Shown here in pieces: positions 17,888 through 27,942 of a DNA stretch of 64,000 nucleotides (the stretch's first letter is position 1; each line of letters opens with the position of its first letter). The stretch is from NCBI GenBank assembly GCA_035717985.1, contig DASTHW010000013.1, positions 7,656 to 71,655 on the forward strand. The letters are read 5' to 3'. The notes beneath the pieces are model-generated. The model had not been told where the DNA came from. It made no database searches and saw only the letters and a program-made list of their open reading frames with translations. The translations under genes and the position numbers were made by a program. This DNA comes from Candidatus Saccharimonadales bacterium. GTDB lineage: Bacteria; Patescibacteriota; Saccharimonadia; Saccharimonadales; UBA10212.

Positions 17888-18982
17888 ATGGCCGACGACA
17901 AACTAGCCCAACTGTTAAAGACCCAGAAGTCGCTGACCGAGTGGCTGGATGACATTCAACATAAAGATGCCGAGGCTATCAGAAAAGAAGATAATGATAA
18001 ACGCGAGCGGCTTAAGGTTTTAAACGAAGTTATTGGCCTGCCGTTTGATAAGCCTACCCAATTTACGGCTGTCGAATTAGCCGAAAAGTCGCCCGCTTTC
18101 ACTAAATATTTAAGCCAACACGGCCAAGAGCTTTGTGCATTAAGGCTAATTCCTAGGGCTGACGGCTTACCTAAACTGCGGATGCGCGGCAAGACTGTCG
18201 CCGGTGCCTATGAGTGGTTTTTAGAGCAAAATATTGAACCGGCAAAATACAGAGCCGACTTTATTCCCCACCCGCCAGATTACGCCTGGGCTACCATTTT
18301 TGTGGTCAACAAAAACGGCATTCAGGGCGAAATCATCTGGGGCGGCCATCACCAGCTAACCCAAGGATTCCACGATAGCAAGCGGCCGCATATTTTTAGA
18401 TATGATTTCGCGAAGTGGATGATTTCGCCATCTAGTGTTAAAGCTTTGGCGCACCTGAAGGATCTAGCAAATTTTTTGCATGTGGCAGACAAGTCTAAAC
18501 AATATCAACTCAAAAAACAACTGGGCGCTAGCTTTGTAAACGACTTCCTGGAAGGTTATTTTGAGACTACCGATTCATCTCTTGGAACCTGGTTTATAGA
18601 CTACAGTCCGACACTGGGCAAAATGTACGCCGATATGACCATCACGCCGCCGGTGGCCGCAGGGAAAAAACTTATAAGCGGGCTGTGCGCCTGCCCCGGC
18701 CAGGCTAGTGGTAAAGTCCGCATTGTGCCGTCCAGCGGCGTTGATAAAGATTTTCCGCATGGCGCTGTTTTGGTCTGTGCCGTGACTACGCCGGAGTTTG
18801 TGCCGCTAATGCAAAAAGCCTCGGCCATTGTAACCGACCAGGGAGGTATTTTATCTCATGCCGCCATCGTGGCCCGGGAGCTTAAAAAACCTTGCATTGT
18901 TGGAACTGGCAATGCCACTAAACTGCTTAAAAATGGGCAACCCGTAACCGTTGATGCCGGCGCCGGTACGCTTAGCCTATAA
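17888..18982 (+). CDS. unknown N-terminal domain fused to PEP-utilising phosphohistidine (swivel) domain
   Basis: TTPEF, TDQGGILSHAAIVARE, PCIVG at C-terminus. Confidence 0.88.
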   Translation: MADDKLAQLLKTQKSLTEWLDDIQHKDAEAIRKEDNDKRERLKVLNEVIGLPFDKPTQFTAVELAEKSPAFTKYLSQHGQELCALRLIPRADGLPKLRMRGKTVAGAYEWFLEQNIEPAKYRADFIPHPPDYAWATIFVVNKNGIQGEIIWGGHHQLTQGFHDSKRPHIFRYDFAKWMISPSSVKALAHLKDLANFLHVADKSKQYQLKKQLGASFVNDFLEGYFETTDSSLGTWFIDYSPTLGKMYADMTITPPVAAGKKLISGLCACPGQASGKVRIVPSSGVDKDFPHGAVLVCAVTTPEFVPLMQKASAIVTDQGGILSHAAIVARELKKPCIVGTGNATKLLKNGQPVTVDAGAGTLSL

Positions 18983-19523
18983 AGTGCTCTTCGTACAGTT
19001 TGGCTTTTGAGTGCTGGGCGGCAAATTTATTTTTGGCTTTATCTATCAGCTCTAAGGCTTTAACTTCCAGCTTGTCCAAATTAGTTAAAGCCTCTGCCAG
19101 TTCGCTGATTGAGCCGCAAACCTGGTCACAAGTGCTGAATAAAAATGGGTGTTTATAATCAGTCATCAGCACGCCGGCCACCTCTTTAGTGCCGCCGTTA
19201 AAATGCCCGCCGGCCGGCGCGTAGGCAATCACCGGTTTTTTAAAATATTTGGCGATTAATATCTCCTGGCTGGCACCAACGCTAATATCATCACTAACGT
19301 AGACAATCACTACATCCACTTGGTCAATCATATGTACGTCACTGCCAAAGACTAGCTCTAAATTGTCATAATTTTTTTGGGCGCGCGTAGGATCAAAGCT
19401 GATGAACCGTAGGCCAGTCAGTTTAGCAAGTTCTTCTAAAAACTCATCGCGCCAGGTGTGGTTAGCAAAGCCGGAGTGGCCGCGCATTTTGCCGGCGACA
19501 TAGACCTTTAAAGTCTGGTTCAT
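18972..19523 (-). CDS. nucleoside 2-deoxyribosyltransferase-like protein
   Basis: VYVAG, SFDP, D...I...DVVI, SVGASQEI..A. Confidence 0.75.
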   Translation of the reverse strand: MNQTLKVYVAGKMRGHSGFANHTWRDEFLEELAKLTGLRFISFDPTRAQKNYDNLELVFGSDVHMIDQVDVVIVYVSDDISVGASQEILIAKYFKKPVIAYAPAGGHFNGGTKEVAGVLMTDYKHPFLFSTCDQVCGSISELAEALTNLDKLEVKALELIDKAKNKFAAQHSKAKLYEEHFIG

Positions 19524-20407
19524 ATATAAGCCTCAATTTGCTCCCATTTGTGCTGGGCGGCTTCGTCAAAACCACGACTTTTGAAGTCTTGGTAATCGGC
19601 CACAATATAAAACTGGTGGATGGCGACGGCTAGGTTAATATCAATCTTGGTACCGTCAAAATCCTCCTGCATTTTAGCTACTTTCTCTAGCATTTCGTGG
19701 CCGTATTTGCTCCAAAAATAAAACTCCGCCTCCAGCGGGCCAATTTCGGCTTCCAGCCAGTCAATAACACCGGTGATTTTCTTGGCGGCCGGGTTGACCA
19801 TACAATTGCTCATCTGCAGATCTTCATGGATAAACACCCAGGAATCTTTGGGCTGGCACTGAGCGCAGACATAATCCATAGCCGCCTTGGCCATTTGCTT
19901 GACCCGCTCGTCAACTCCCCCGTCAGCTAAAAATTGGTTGACGAACTGTTGATTTTTATCGGTGCGGTAGCTGGGAATTTTTAAGGCTCCGGCTTCGGCC
20001 ACCGGTATGGCTTTACTTAGTTCGCTCCGTACTGCCACCCAGCTTTTTAAATATTCATCAGTCATGGAATTGGGAGTTTGGTCCCACAGGGCTCCAGGGA
20101 TGGACTTATAGCCAAAATAGCTATAATAGCGGCCGACGTAGTCCGGCTTAGGTACGGCAAAGCTGGTCTTACCAGCAAGCCGCTTTAAAATATTAACTTC
20201 TTTTTCAATTTCTTCGGTTTTTAAGGGGTAATTACGCTCAAATAGGCCGCGCAGGAACCTAAAGACGTATTCATTATTGACTAAAAAGGCGGCGTTGTCC
20301 CAACCGCTACCCAGGTACTTTATCTCGTTGACTTTAAAATTCGGAAAGTCGCGCTCGATATATTTTTTGTATTCGTCTATCAGCAGTTCGGCGGCATACA
20401 TTTCCAT
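19520..20407 (-). CDS. aminoglycoside phosphotransferase-family kinase
   Basis: LGSGWDN, VFRF, HEDL...N, GVIDW. Confidence 0.85.
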   Translation of the reverse strand: MEMYAAELLIDEYKKYIERDFPNFKVNEIKYLGSGWDNAAFLVNNEYVFRFLRGLFERNYPLKTEEIEKEVNILKRLAGKTSFAVPKPDYVGRYYSYFGYKSIPGALWDQTPNSMTDEYLKSWVAVRSELSKAIPVAEAGALKIPSYRTDKNQQFVNQFLADGGVDERVKQMAKAAMDYVCAQCQPKDSWVFIHEDLQMSNCMVNPAAKKITGVIDWLEAEIGPLEAEFYFWSKYGHEMLEKVAKMQEDFDGTKIDINLAVAIHQFYIVADYQDFKSRGFDEAAQHKWEQIEAYI

Positions 20408-20409
20408 GG

Positions 20410-20814
20410 TTAAATTTTAAGCCTTTCCACCCGCAAAGGCCGCGGTACTTTTTTAGCAAAATCGGCGGCACTAAAGTCTTTGAACTCGTACATAACATCG
20501 GCCTGTTCGCTGGCCGGCGTGGCGTAAACAATACGGCTAACTTCCGCCCAAGCCGCACAGGCTAAGCACATCATACACGGTTCATGAGAAGCATAAAGAA
20601 CGGCGCCTGGAATATTGTGGTTACCCAGTTTCTTGCAGGCCTTGATAATAGCTGAGATTTCGGCGTGCAGAGTTGGATTGCCGGTTTCCTGGACGTGCCC
20701 GTGCTCTAAAGCCAAAACTTTTCCGCCGCAAACTACCGCGGCGCCGTAGTTATACGGGGCCGGCTTTTTATTGCCCTCATTTATAGCAAGCTTAAGATAA
20801 TCTTTATCACTCAT
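20410..20814 (-). CDS. nucleoside/nucleotide deaminase (CDA superfamily)
   Basis: HAE...EPCMMC zinc motif; ATG 20814 overlaps upstream stop. Confidence 0.88.
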   Translation of the reverse strand: MSDKDYLKLAINEGNKKPAPYNYGAAVVCGGKVLALEHGHVQETGNPTLHAEISAIIKACKKLGNHNIPGAVLYASHEPCMMCLACAAWAEVSRIVYATPASEQADVMYEFKDFSAADFAKKVPRPLRVERLKI

Positions 20815-22034
20815 GGGCGGCCCCAATTCTTCCGGCAGGTTTCAACATCTAGCTTAAATGGTGAACTCTTGAGCTCTAAATATTTGGCCATAGTATTAAT
20901 AAACCCCGGCGTAAAATCGCTGGGCTTGGCATTCATATCATCAACAACTTCTTTTAGGGGCCGGGCGGTTAGTCCCGATACTTCTTCATTAGGTTTAAAG
21001 CGCCAGCCAGCTGGCGCCTGAGCCTCAAAGATGCCGAACATGTGCCGCTGGCGGGTTTGCTGAACCTCCGGGTTAAATTGCTCGTCAGAGTAAAGCCCGG
21101 TGATGACCTTGGTTAGCGTAATATCATTAATGCCGATTTCTTCGGCCATTTCCCTGATGGCTGAAGGCAGATAATCTTCACCGGCGCTGACATGCCCGCC
21201 CACCGTATGGTCAAACAGCCCGGAATGGTGGTCTTGAATGTATAAATTGCCGTTTTTATCAAAAACATAAACGGCTACGCACCGGTGTAAGATAGCGTTG
21301 GCGTGGGCGGTTTGCCTATCCACCGTCTGGCCGGTGGGCTGATCATGCTCATCTACGATGTCGAATAGTTCACTATCCTCCACCGCTCCGGCTTCAATTT
21401 TTTTGGCGACACATCTTATAAGGCTATCAACTTGGCCGTCGTTTTCATCCTTAACTTCTTCCAGCAGGAGCGGCCGAAACTTACCGGCCAGCAGATTCTT
21501 CGTATAATCAAGCGAAAACAAATGACGGATATGGCCTTTATCCGAAATAAAAACATTATTTCCTGCCTGCTCACCATTACCGAAATGGTGGTCATTAACT
21601 GATTTGCAGGTAAAAGCTAGTAGGCCGCCGGGCTTTAAAATTCGCCAAATTTCATCAAAAATTTTTCTCGTAGTGTCGTCGTCGAAATAATGTAGGGCTA
21701 GGTTGGCGTAAACCGCGTCAACTGAACTATCTGAAAAGGTCAGTGGCTGGCGCATATCGTGAACTGAAAAATCAATGTCGAGCTCTTTAAAGATCTTTTT
21801 GTCTTGCGCTATAGCTACTGGCGAAAAATCGCTAGCCAGGACGCGGTAGCCCTTTTTGGCAAAGAACTCACTTTCCCTGCCCACTCCACAACCCAGTTCG
21901 ACTATAGTGGACCCCTGTCGAAAATATCTTTCGGCGATTGATGCAAAGTGACTGGGCGAGTGGCGCAGGTTTTCGTGTTCTCCTCGGGAGTGCTTGCCTT
22001 CCCATAGGGCTAATTGATCCGGCAGGTTAGCCAT
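20811..22034 (-). CDS. SAM methyltransferase-NUDIX hydrolase fusion
   Basis: ELGCGVG, LKPGG; NUDIX box GGHVSAGE....AIREMAEEIG. Confidence 0.88.
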   Translation of the reverse strand: MANLPDQLALWEGKHSRGEHENLRHSPSHFASIAERYFRQGSTIVELGCGVGRESEFFAKKGYRVLASDFSPVAIAQDKKIFKELDIDFSVHDMRQPLTFSDSSVDAVYANLALHYFDDDTTRKIFDEIWRILKPGGLLAFTCKSVNDHHFGNGEQAGNNVFISDKGHIRHLFSLDYTKNLLAGKFRPLLLEEVKDENDGQVDSLIRCVAKKIEAGAVEDSELFDIVDEHDQPTGQTVDRQTAHANAILHRCVAVYVFDKNGNLYIQDHHSGLFDHTVGGHVSAGEDYLPSAIREMAEEIGINDITLTKVITGLYSDEQFNPEVQQTRQRHMFGIFEAQAPAGWRFKPNEEVSGLTARPLKEVVDDMNAKPSDFTPGFINTMAKYLELKSSPFKLDVETCRKNWGRP

Positions 22035-24677
22035 CTATAGCTCGCCCCAGTTTTTACCGATTGATACATCGGCTTTGAGCTTAACCGGCAGTTTATAAAC
22101 GCCTTCCATAACTTCTTTTAAAATACTGCCGGCTTTTTCAGCTTCATTTGCCGGCGCTTCGGCTAAAATGCTGTCGTGAATCTGCAGAAGCTGTTTAGTG
22201 CCAGATGGCAATTTTTTAGCTACCTCCACCATGGCCAGTTTCATTAAATCGGCGGCCGAGCCTTGCAGGGGCATATTGATAGCGGCCCGGTAAGCCGCCT
22301 CACGGACGGCAAAATTAGGCGAGCGGACATCCGGCGTTGGCCGGCGGCGGCCCAGGATGGTCTCGACATAACCCTGCTCCTCAGCCTGGCGGCGCAATAG
22401 CTGGATAAATTCTCTTAAGGCTGGGCGAATTTCAAAATATTTAGCAATAAATTCGCGGGCTTCATTAAACGGCATGCCGGTACCAGCACTAAGGCCATGC
22501 GGCCCCTGCCCGTACATAATGCCAAAATTAACGGCTTTGGCTGAATATCTTTGAGCTTTAGTAACGTCTTTAGGATCAATACCATACACAAGCGCGGCCG
22601 TCTCTACATGAATGTCAGCGTCGCGGTTAAAGGCGTTAATCATACCCCCGTCGCCAGATAGTGCGGCCGCTAGACGTAGTTCAAACTGGCTGTAGTCGGC
22701 ACTGATTAAAACATTGCCCTCCCCAGCTACAAAAGCCGTGCGGATATTTTTACCCAGCTCGGTGCGCACTGGGATATTTTGCAGATTAGGGTCGGCCGAG
22801 CTTAACCGGCCGGTCTGAGCGACAGTTAAGTTAAAAGTGGTGTGCACCCTAGAATTTTCATCAACCAGTTGAGGTAGAGTATCGACATAGGTGTTTTTTA
22901 GCTTGGCGGCCTCGCGGTAGGCCGTGATTAAATCAATCACCGGGTGGACGCCGCGTAGTTTATCCAGCTCGCTGGCCGCCGTGCTATAGCCAGTTTTACC
23001 GCGCTTAATGCCGGTCGTTGACAGCTGGAGTTTAGTAAACAGGGCTTCTGCTAACTGCGTCGGCGAGCCAATGTTAAACTCGTAGCCGCAGTGGCCATAA
23101 ATTTGTTGTTCAATGTCGCTTAAAGAATCTTCCAGCTGGCCGGCAAACCTTTTTAAATACTTAACATCTAGTTTAATGCCGGCCAGCTCCATGTCAGCCA
23201 GAACCGGAATCAGCGGCCACTCTACTTTCCGAGCCAGCCTAGCGATAGTCGGCGCCTCGGCTAAAGCCTGCATTTGGCCAAGGTAAAGCTCACGGATAAC
23301 GGCTATAAATTCATTGGCTCTGTCCGCTAAATCTTCTGTCGGTACATCATCAAGCGATACGCCGTCCCAGCCTAGGCCGGCCCGGGCTAGTTCACTTAAG
23401 CTTTGTGCTCGTACTAACGGATTGATTAAAAAGGATCCTACCAAAACATCGTGGTCTACGGCTGGTGGCTCTATATCTAGATTTCTAAGGAGTTTGACGG
23501 TACTTTTAGTGTCATAGCCGACGATGCCCTTGTCATGCTTGGCAAAGACCGCTTTTAAGGCAATTTGAACCTTAGTCTTATCCAGCCGGGCTAAATCTAG
23601 CGCGTAGACTCCGCCAACCGAGCCCAAAATTAGGACTTTGGGCAGTGTGCCGTTCTGCCCAGCCGAACGGCTGTGAACAAAAATTGGTTCCTCTTTATCA
23701 AAGGTCAGGCTATCTAGCTGGCTGTCGTTTTTAACGAGCAGATTTTTGGCTAGTTTTAATTTAGAGCCAGCACCGTCCGGGGAGTCGGAGCCGTCTTTCA
23801 TGCTGTCCGGCAGGTTTCTCAGCAGACTGCGAAATTCCAGCTCTTCAAGTAAGCTTCTCAGGTGAGCTGTGTCAATTTTTGTACCGTCCATGGCAGGAAG
23901 ATCCAGCTCTACAGGGGCAGTGCACCAAATTTCAGCCAGTTTTTTACTTAGATAAGCCAGATCTTTGCCGTCCTGTAGTTTTTTACGCAGGCTATCACGG
24001 ATGTCGGGTAGATGCTCGTAAACGCCATCGAGTGTCTTGTATTGCTTGAGTAGTTCGATGGCTGTTTTCTCACCCACACCAGGCACCCCAGGAAGATTGT
24101 CAGAGCTATCGCCTTTTAAGGCTTTGAGCTCTAAAAATTGCCCGGCCTGCAGGCCGTACTTTTTTTCAAAACTCTCGACATGAAATTCTTCAATGTTGGA
24201 AAAGCCGCGCTTCAGCGCGTAAACCCGAACACTGTGATTGATTAGTTGAAGAACGTCTAAATCAGAGGTAATAAGTAGCGTTTCAATGCCCTTCTTCTCG
24301 GCCTTAACGGCCAGTGTGCCCATAATGTCGTCAGCTTCATAATCATCCAGCTCATAAAGCGGCCAGCCAAAGGCAGAAAGTAAGTCATGTAAAATTGGGA
24401 TTTGGGTATAAAAATCCGGCGGCGCAGGCTTACGCCCGGCTTTATAATCCGGATACATATTTAAGCGTTTTCGGATGTTGGTTTTGGGCTTGTCCCAAGC
24501 TACAGCCACATAGTCCGGCTGGAGTTTTTTAATCAGCTCTAGCGCCATAGTGGCAAAACCATACACGCCGCCGGTGGGTATGCCGTCTTTGGTGGCTAAA
24601 TTAGGCAGAGCATAATAACCCCTGTAAAACACACTTTTACCGTCAATAACCGCCAGCTTTTTCTTAGACTCCGCCAC
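22035..24677 (-). CDS. polA: DNA polymerase I
   Basis: 5'-3' exonuclease (YEADD, GDSSDN), TGRLSS.DPNLQNIP, DYSQ.ELR, QIHD; start taken at GTG 24677. Confidence 0.97.
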   Translation of the reverse strand: MAESKKKLAVIDGKSVFYRGYYALPNLATKDGIPTGGVYGFATMALELIKKLQPDYVAVAWDKPKTNIRKRLNMYPDYKAGRKPAPPDFYTQIPILHDLLSAFGWPLYELDDYEADDIMGTLAVKAEKKGIETLLITSDLDVLQLINHSVRVYALKRGFSNIEEFHVESFEKKYGLQAGQFLELKALKGDSSDNLPGVPGVGEKTAIELLKQYKTLDGVYEHLPDIRDSLRKKLQDGKDLAYLSKKLAEIWCTAPVELDLPAMDGTKIDTAHLRSLLEELEFRSLLRNLPDSMKDGSDSPDGAGSKLKLAKNLLVKNDSQLDSLTFDKEEPIFVHSRSAGQNGTLPKVLILGSVGGVYALDLARLDKTKVQIALKAVFAKHDKGIVGYDTKSTVKLLRNLDIEPPAVDHDVLVGSFLINPLVRAQSLSELARAGLGWDGVSLDDVPTEDLADRANEFIAVIRELYLGQMQALAEAPTIARLARKVEWPLIPVLADMELAGIKLDVKYLKRFAGQLEDSLSDIEQQIYGHCGYEFNIGSPTQLAEALFTKLQLSTTGIKRGKTGYSTAASELDKLRGVHPVIDLITAYREAAKLKNTYVDTLPQLVDENSRVHTTFNLTVAQTGRLSSADPNLQNIPVRTELGKNIRTAFVAGEGNVLISADYSQFELRLAAALSGDGGMINAFNRDADIHVETAALVYGIDPKDVTKAQRYSAKAVNFGIMYGQGPHGLSAGTGMPFNEAREFIAKYFEIRPALREFIQLLRRQAEEQGYVETILGRRRPTPDVRSPNFAVREAAYRAAINMPLQGSAADLMKLAMVEVAKKLPSGTKQLLQIHDSILAEAPANEAEKAGSILKEVMEGVYKLPVKLKADVSIGKNWGEL

Positions 24678-24740
24678 TATGCTAACAGTATACGACGGGG
24701 GCAATTAAACAGCGACCGCTTACGGTAAAATTGGTGAGGC

Positions 24741-25040
24741 CTACTCTATCTCAGTTTCTTCTTGTATGGGAGTCTTGGCTTTTTCGCGGTGCAGAGTTAT
24801 ATCAATTTCCTCTGGTGTCAGCGGCCTGCCTAGCTCCATCTCGAGTGTGAATAACTCATAAATACGCTTAATTTGTTCGTTTTGGTCGGCCAATATTTCA
24901 GCTAGCTGATCCGGCCTAGCCCCTGCTATTTCGCCCCAGGTCCTGTCCCACCTAAGGGCTCTTTCTCGCAAAGGCTCAAGCTTAAGCTCATTTTCCTGGC
25001 TGGGTTCATGAGTCTCTCCACCGGATGTTGTTTCTGGCAT
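24741..25040 (-). CDS. acidic hypothetical protein
   Basis: 99-aa ORF with TATAAT 6 nt before ATG. Confidence 0.6.
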   Translation of the reverse strand: MPETTSGGETHEPSQENELKLEPLRERALRWDRTWGEIAGARPDQLAEILADQNEQIKRIYELFTLEMELGRPLTPEEIDITLHREKAKTPIQEETEIE

Positions 25041-25047
25041 GTTTTTA

Positions 25048-25629
25048 TTATAGACCCAGAGCGGTTTTAGCGGCCTTTGAAAAATCTTCTAAATCGTTAG
25101 AGTCGTTGGTGATAAAAATATCGGCCCGGTCTTTGACACCTTGCCAATTGAGCGTCGCCTCGTCGCCGGCGTGCTGTCGCTCGGTTTGTTCTTCAGCTAA
25201 AAACTGCTCAAAAGATTTTTTATCCTTGTCACCTTGGCCGCGACTCATTACGCGCTGGTAACGGACCGCTGGGTCGGCGTCCACCCAGACCACCTGGCCG
25301 CCTAGAGCGTGAATTTTATCAACTTCCCAGGGGTGACGGATGCTGGAGATAACCAGTCCGTTATATTTTTCTTGGCCGCTTTTTTGCTCATATAGTTCAA
25401 CCGCTTTATCAATGATGGCACCGCGGCTTAGCCTATTCCATTCGGCCGATAGGGCGGCCATGTTTACCCGCTCGGCCGGCAAGCCGCGCCGCGCCAGTTC
25501 CGGAATTATTAAGTCAACTGAGGCTGAGACAAATAGCCAGCCGTAGTCATCGGCCAAAATACGGCTTAAAGTATCCTTGCCCGAGCCGTTTGTGCCGCCA
25601 ATACCGATAATTTTGATCTTCAAGGTCAT
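25048..25629 (-). CDS. P-loop nucleotide kinase (dephospho-CoA/NMP kinase-like)
   Basis: GGTNGSGKDT, IR...E, DA....RY.R, ADI.I.ND. Confidence 0.8.
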   Translation of the reverse strand: MTLKIKIIGIGGTNGSGKDTLSRILADDYGWLFVSASVDLIIPELARRGLPAERVNMAALSAEWNRLSRGAIIDKAVELYEQKSGQEKYNGLVISSIRHPWEVDKIHALGGQVVWVDADPAVRYQRVMSRGQGDKDKKSFEQFLAEEQTERQHAGDEATLNWQGVKDRADIFITNDSNDLEDFSKAAKTALGL

Positions 25630-25635
25630 TCTCTT

Positions 25636-26805
25636 TTATTCATAGATGGAATCGCGCAAAGATTGAGCTTCGTCTAAGTTACGTAACCGCGTTAAGGCTT
25701 GAGTTTCAATTTGTCGAATCCGCTCGCGGGTAACGCCAAAGGCTTTGCCGACCTCATCCAGCGTACTCGGCGGCTGTCCGTTTAGGCCAAAGCGCAAAGA
25801 CAAGACGCCCCTTTCCCTTTCGGTTAACGAATCAAGAACAAAATAAAGAGTCTGATTGCGAAGCGATTCGCCCGCACCATCTTCAGGTGCCGGCTCAGAC
25901 TCGTTAGGTAGCAAACTGCCAAAAGTCTCTTCCTCGTCCTCGCCAATCGGCTTGTCTAGAGAAACGGGGATTTGGGCCGACTTCATAATAGCCAGCACAT
26001 CGTCTACTTTCATACCTATATCTTCAGCGATTTCTTCGGGCGATGGCTCACGACTAAGTATTTGAGTTAGGCGACGGTTTGATCTAACAATTTTATGCAG
26101 TTTTTCAACGATATGAACCGGCATCCTGATGGTCCGAGCCTTGTCAGCCAGACCCCTTTGCACCGCCTGGCGGATCCACCAAGTAGCATAGGTGCTAAAC
26201 TTATAGCCCTTTCGCCAGTCAAACTTTTCAGCGGCCCTGATTAAGCCAATCATCCCTTCCTGGATTAATTCCGGAAAGTCCAACCCCTGATTCCGAAAAT
26301 TTTTAGCTATCGATACCACCAGCCTTTGATTAGCTAAAACCATTTCCTCTTTGGCTAAAGAATCTCCCCGCTCGATTCTTTGAGCTAGAGATCTCTCCTG
26401 AGCCGCCGTCAGTAAATCAAAATCTCCAGCCGACCTAAGCATTAACTGCAGAGTTTCGGTTGACGGACGATCCCGCTTTTTAGAGCCAGAACTGGTAGAG
26501 ACATATTGCGGTTCGGCGCTGGCCAGCGGCTCCCTTATTTCAATATCCATCTCTTCAAAAACCTGATAGAAGCTATTTAATTGAGCCGGTTCCAGGTCTA
26601 TTTCATTAGCCACAGCCACCAACTCGTCGGTGGTTATATAACCTTTAATCAGCGCGCTATCTATCAGCTCACTTACCATTGGCAGTGCCAGCACGGCCAT
26701 AACATCGAATAGGCCAGTTTCGACAGCCGGCCTGGCTTGAGCTATGGTCTCAGCCGGAGTCTGGGCTAACTTTTGTCCGGTATTAGCAGGATATGGTTCG
26801 AGCAT
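25636..26805 (-). CDS. second RpoD/SigA-family sigma factor (divergent paralog)
   Basis: Regions 1.1-4 present: [26 protein letters not shown]...[10 protein letters not shown]. Confidence 0.93.
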   Translation of the reverse strand: MLEPYPANTGQKLAQTPAETIAQARPAVETGLFDVMAVLALPMVSELIDSALIKGYITTDELVAVANEIDLEPAQLNSFYQVFEEMDIEIREPLASAEPQYVSTSSGSKKRDRPSTETLQLMLRSAGDFDLLTAAQERSLAQRIERGDSLAKEEMVLANQRLVVSIAKNFRNQGLDFPELIQEGMIGLIRAAEKFDWRKGYKFSTYATWWIRQAVQRGLADKARTIRMPVHIVEKLHKIVRSNRRLTQILSREPSPEEIAEDIGMKVDDVLAIMKSAQIPVSLDKPIGEDEEETFGSLLPNESEPAPEDGAGESLRNQTLYFVLDSLTERERGVLSLRFGLNGQPPSTLDEVGKAFGVTRERIRQIETQALTRLRNLDEAQSLRDSIYE

Positions 26806-26807
26806 AT

Positions 26808-27938
26808 CTATTGTAAATATTCGTGCAGGCGGCGGGTATCCTTGTGCTTTCGCAGTTTAGCCAATGCTTTAGCCTCAATTTGGCGGATACGCTCGCGGGT
26901 AACAGAAAATTCCTGGCCGACTTCCTCTAGGGTATGACTTTTGCCATCCTCTAGGCCAAAGCGCAGTTTTAGAATCTTTTGTTCACGCTCGGTTAAGGTG
27001 CCCAGGATCTTTTTAACTTGTTCTTTAAGTAACTGTTCGCTAGCTGATTCGCTAGGTGTTTTTTGGTCTTCATCCTCAATGAAATCACCCAAGACGGAAT
27101 CTTCTTCGTCATCACGCACGCTAGCATCAAGACTAGAAATGTCTTGCTTAATCTTCATGATGTGCTCAACTTTATCGACTTCCATTTCCATAGCGGTAGC
27201 AATTTCTTCATTGGTCGGCTCGCGGTTTAACTCTTGAGTCAGGCGGCGCTGGGTGCGCAGGAGTTTGTTAATGGTCTCCACCATGTGCACTGGAATACGG
27301 ATAGTCCGGGCTTGGTCGGCAATGGCCCGAGTAATGGCTTGGCGGATCCACCAAGTGGCGTAAGTACTAAATTTAAAGCCGCGGTCCGGGTCAAACTTTT
27401 CAACCGCCCGCAGTAAGCCGGTATTGCCTTCCTGAATCAAATCAAGCAAATCCAACCCTCGGCCGACGTAGCGCTTAGCAATGCTTACTACTAGGCGCAT
27501 GTTGGCCTCAGCCATGGCGTCTTTAGCCCGCTTATCGCCTTTAACTACTTTTTGAGCCAGCTTTAACTCCTCTTCAGGAGTTAACAGCGGGATTTTACCA
27601 ATTTCGCGCAGGTAAAGACGGACTGAGTCGTCGGCGATATCGTCCATATAGGCCGTATCTTCGGCTACTGCTTCTTCTTCCTCTTCGACCGCCCATTCAT
27701 CTACAAAATCTTCCTCACGCGGCTCGGTAGCGGCAATTATCTCAACGTCATTTTCCGCCAGCTCGGCATTAAGTCCATCCAATACATCAATATTGGCCGG
27801 CGTGTCCGGAATCAGCGCAAAGATATCACGCTGATCTAGCTTGCCGGCCTTTTTGCCCTTTTCAAGTAACTGTTTAACTTGCTTTTCATAATCCCGCTTT
27901 TTAGCAGGTACTGGTTTTGGCACGGATTTCTTTACCAT
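26808..27938 (-). CDS. rpoD: primary sigma factor RpoD
   Basis: [38 protein letters not shown]; follows dnaG. Confidence 0.97.
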   Translation of the reverse strand: MVKKSVPKPVPAKKRDYEKQVKQLLEKGKKAGKLDQRDIFALIPDTPANIDVLDGLNAELAENDVEIIAATEPREEDFVDEWAVEEEEEAVAEDTAYMDDIADDSVRLYLREIGKIPLLTPEEELKLAQKVVKGDKRAKDAMAEANMRLVVSIAKRYVGRGLDLLDLIQEGNTGLLRAVEKFDPDRGFKFSTYATWWIRQAITRAIADQARTIRIPVHMVETINKLLRTQRRLTQELNREPTNEEIATAMEMEVDKVEHIMKIKQDISSLDASVRDDEEDSVLGDFIEDEDQKTPSESASEQLLKEQVKKILGTLTEREQKILKLRFGLEDGKSHTLEEVGQEFSVTRERIRQIEAKALAKLRKHKDTRRLHEYLQ

Positions 27939-27942
27939 AAGC

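Noticed and set aside
17147-18982. Calling the pair ppsA or rph
   Set aside because: No pyruvate-binding barrel and no recognisable rifampin-binding domain
20410-20814. Calling the deaminase tadA
   Set aside because: Lacks the typical EVPVGA motif, and the Arg tRNA seen has a GCG anticodon
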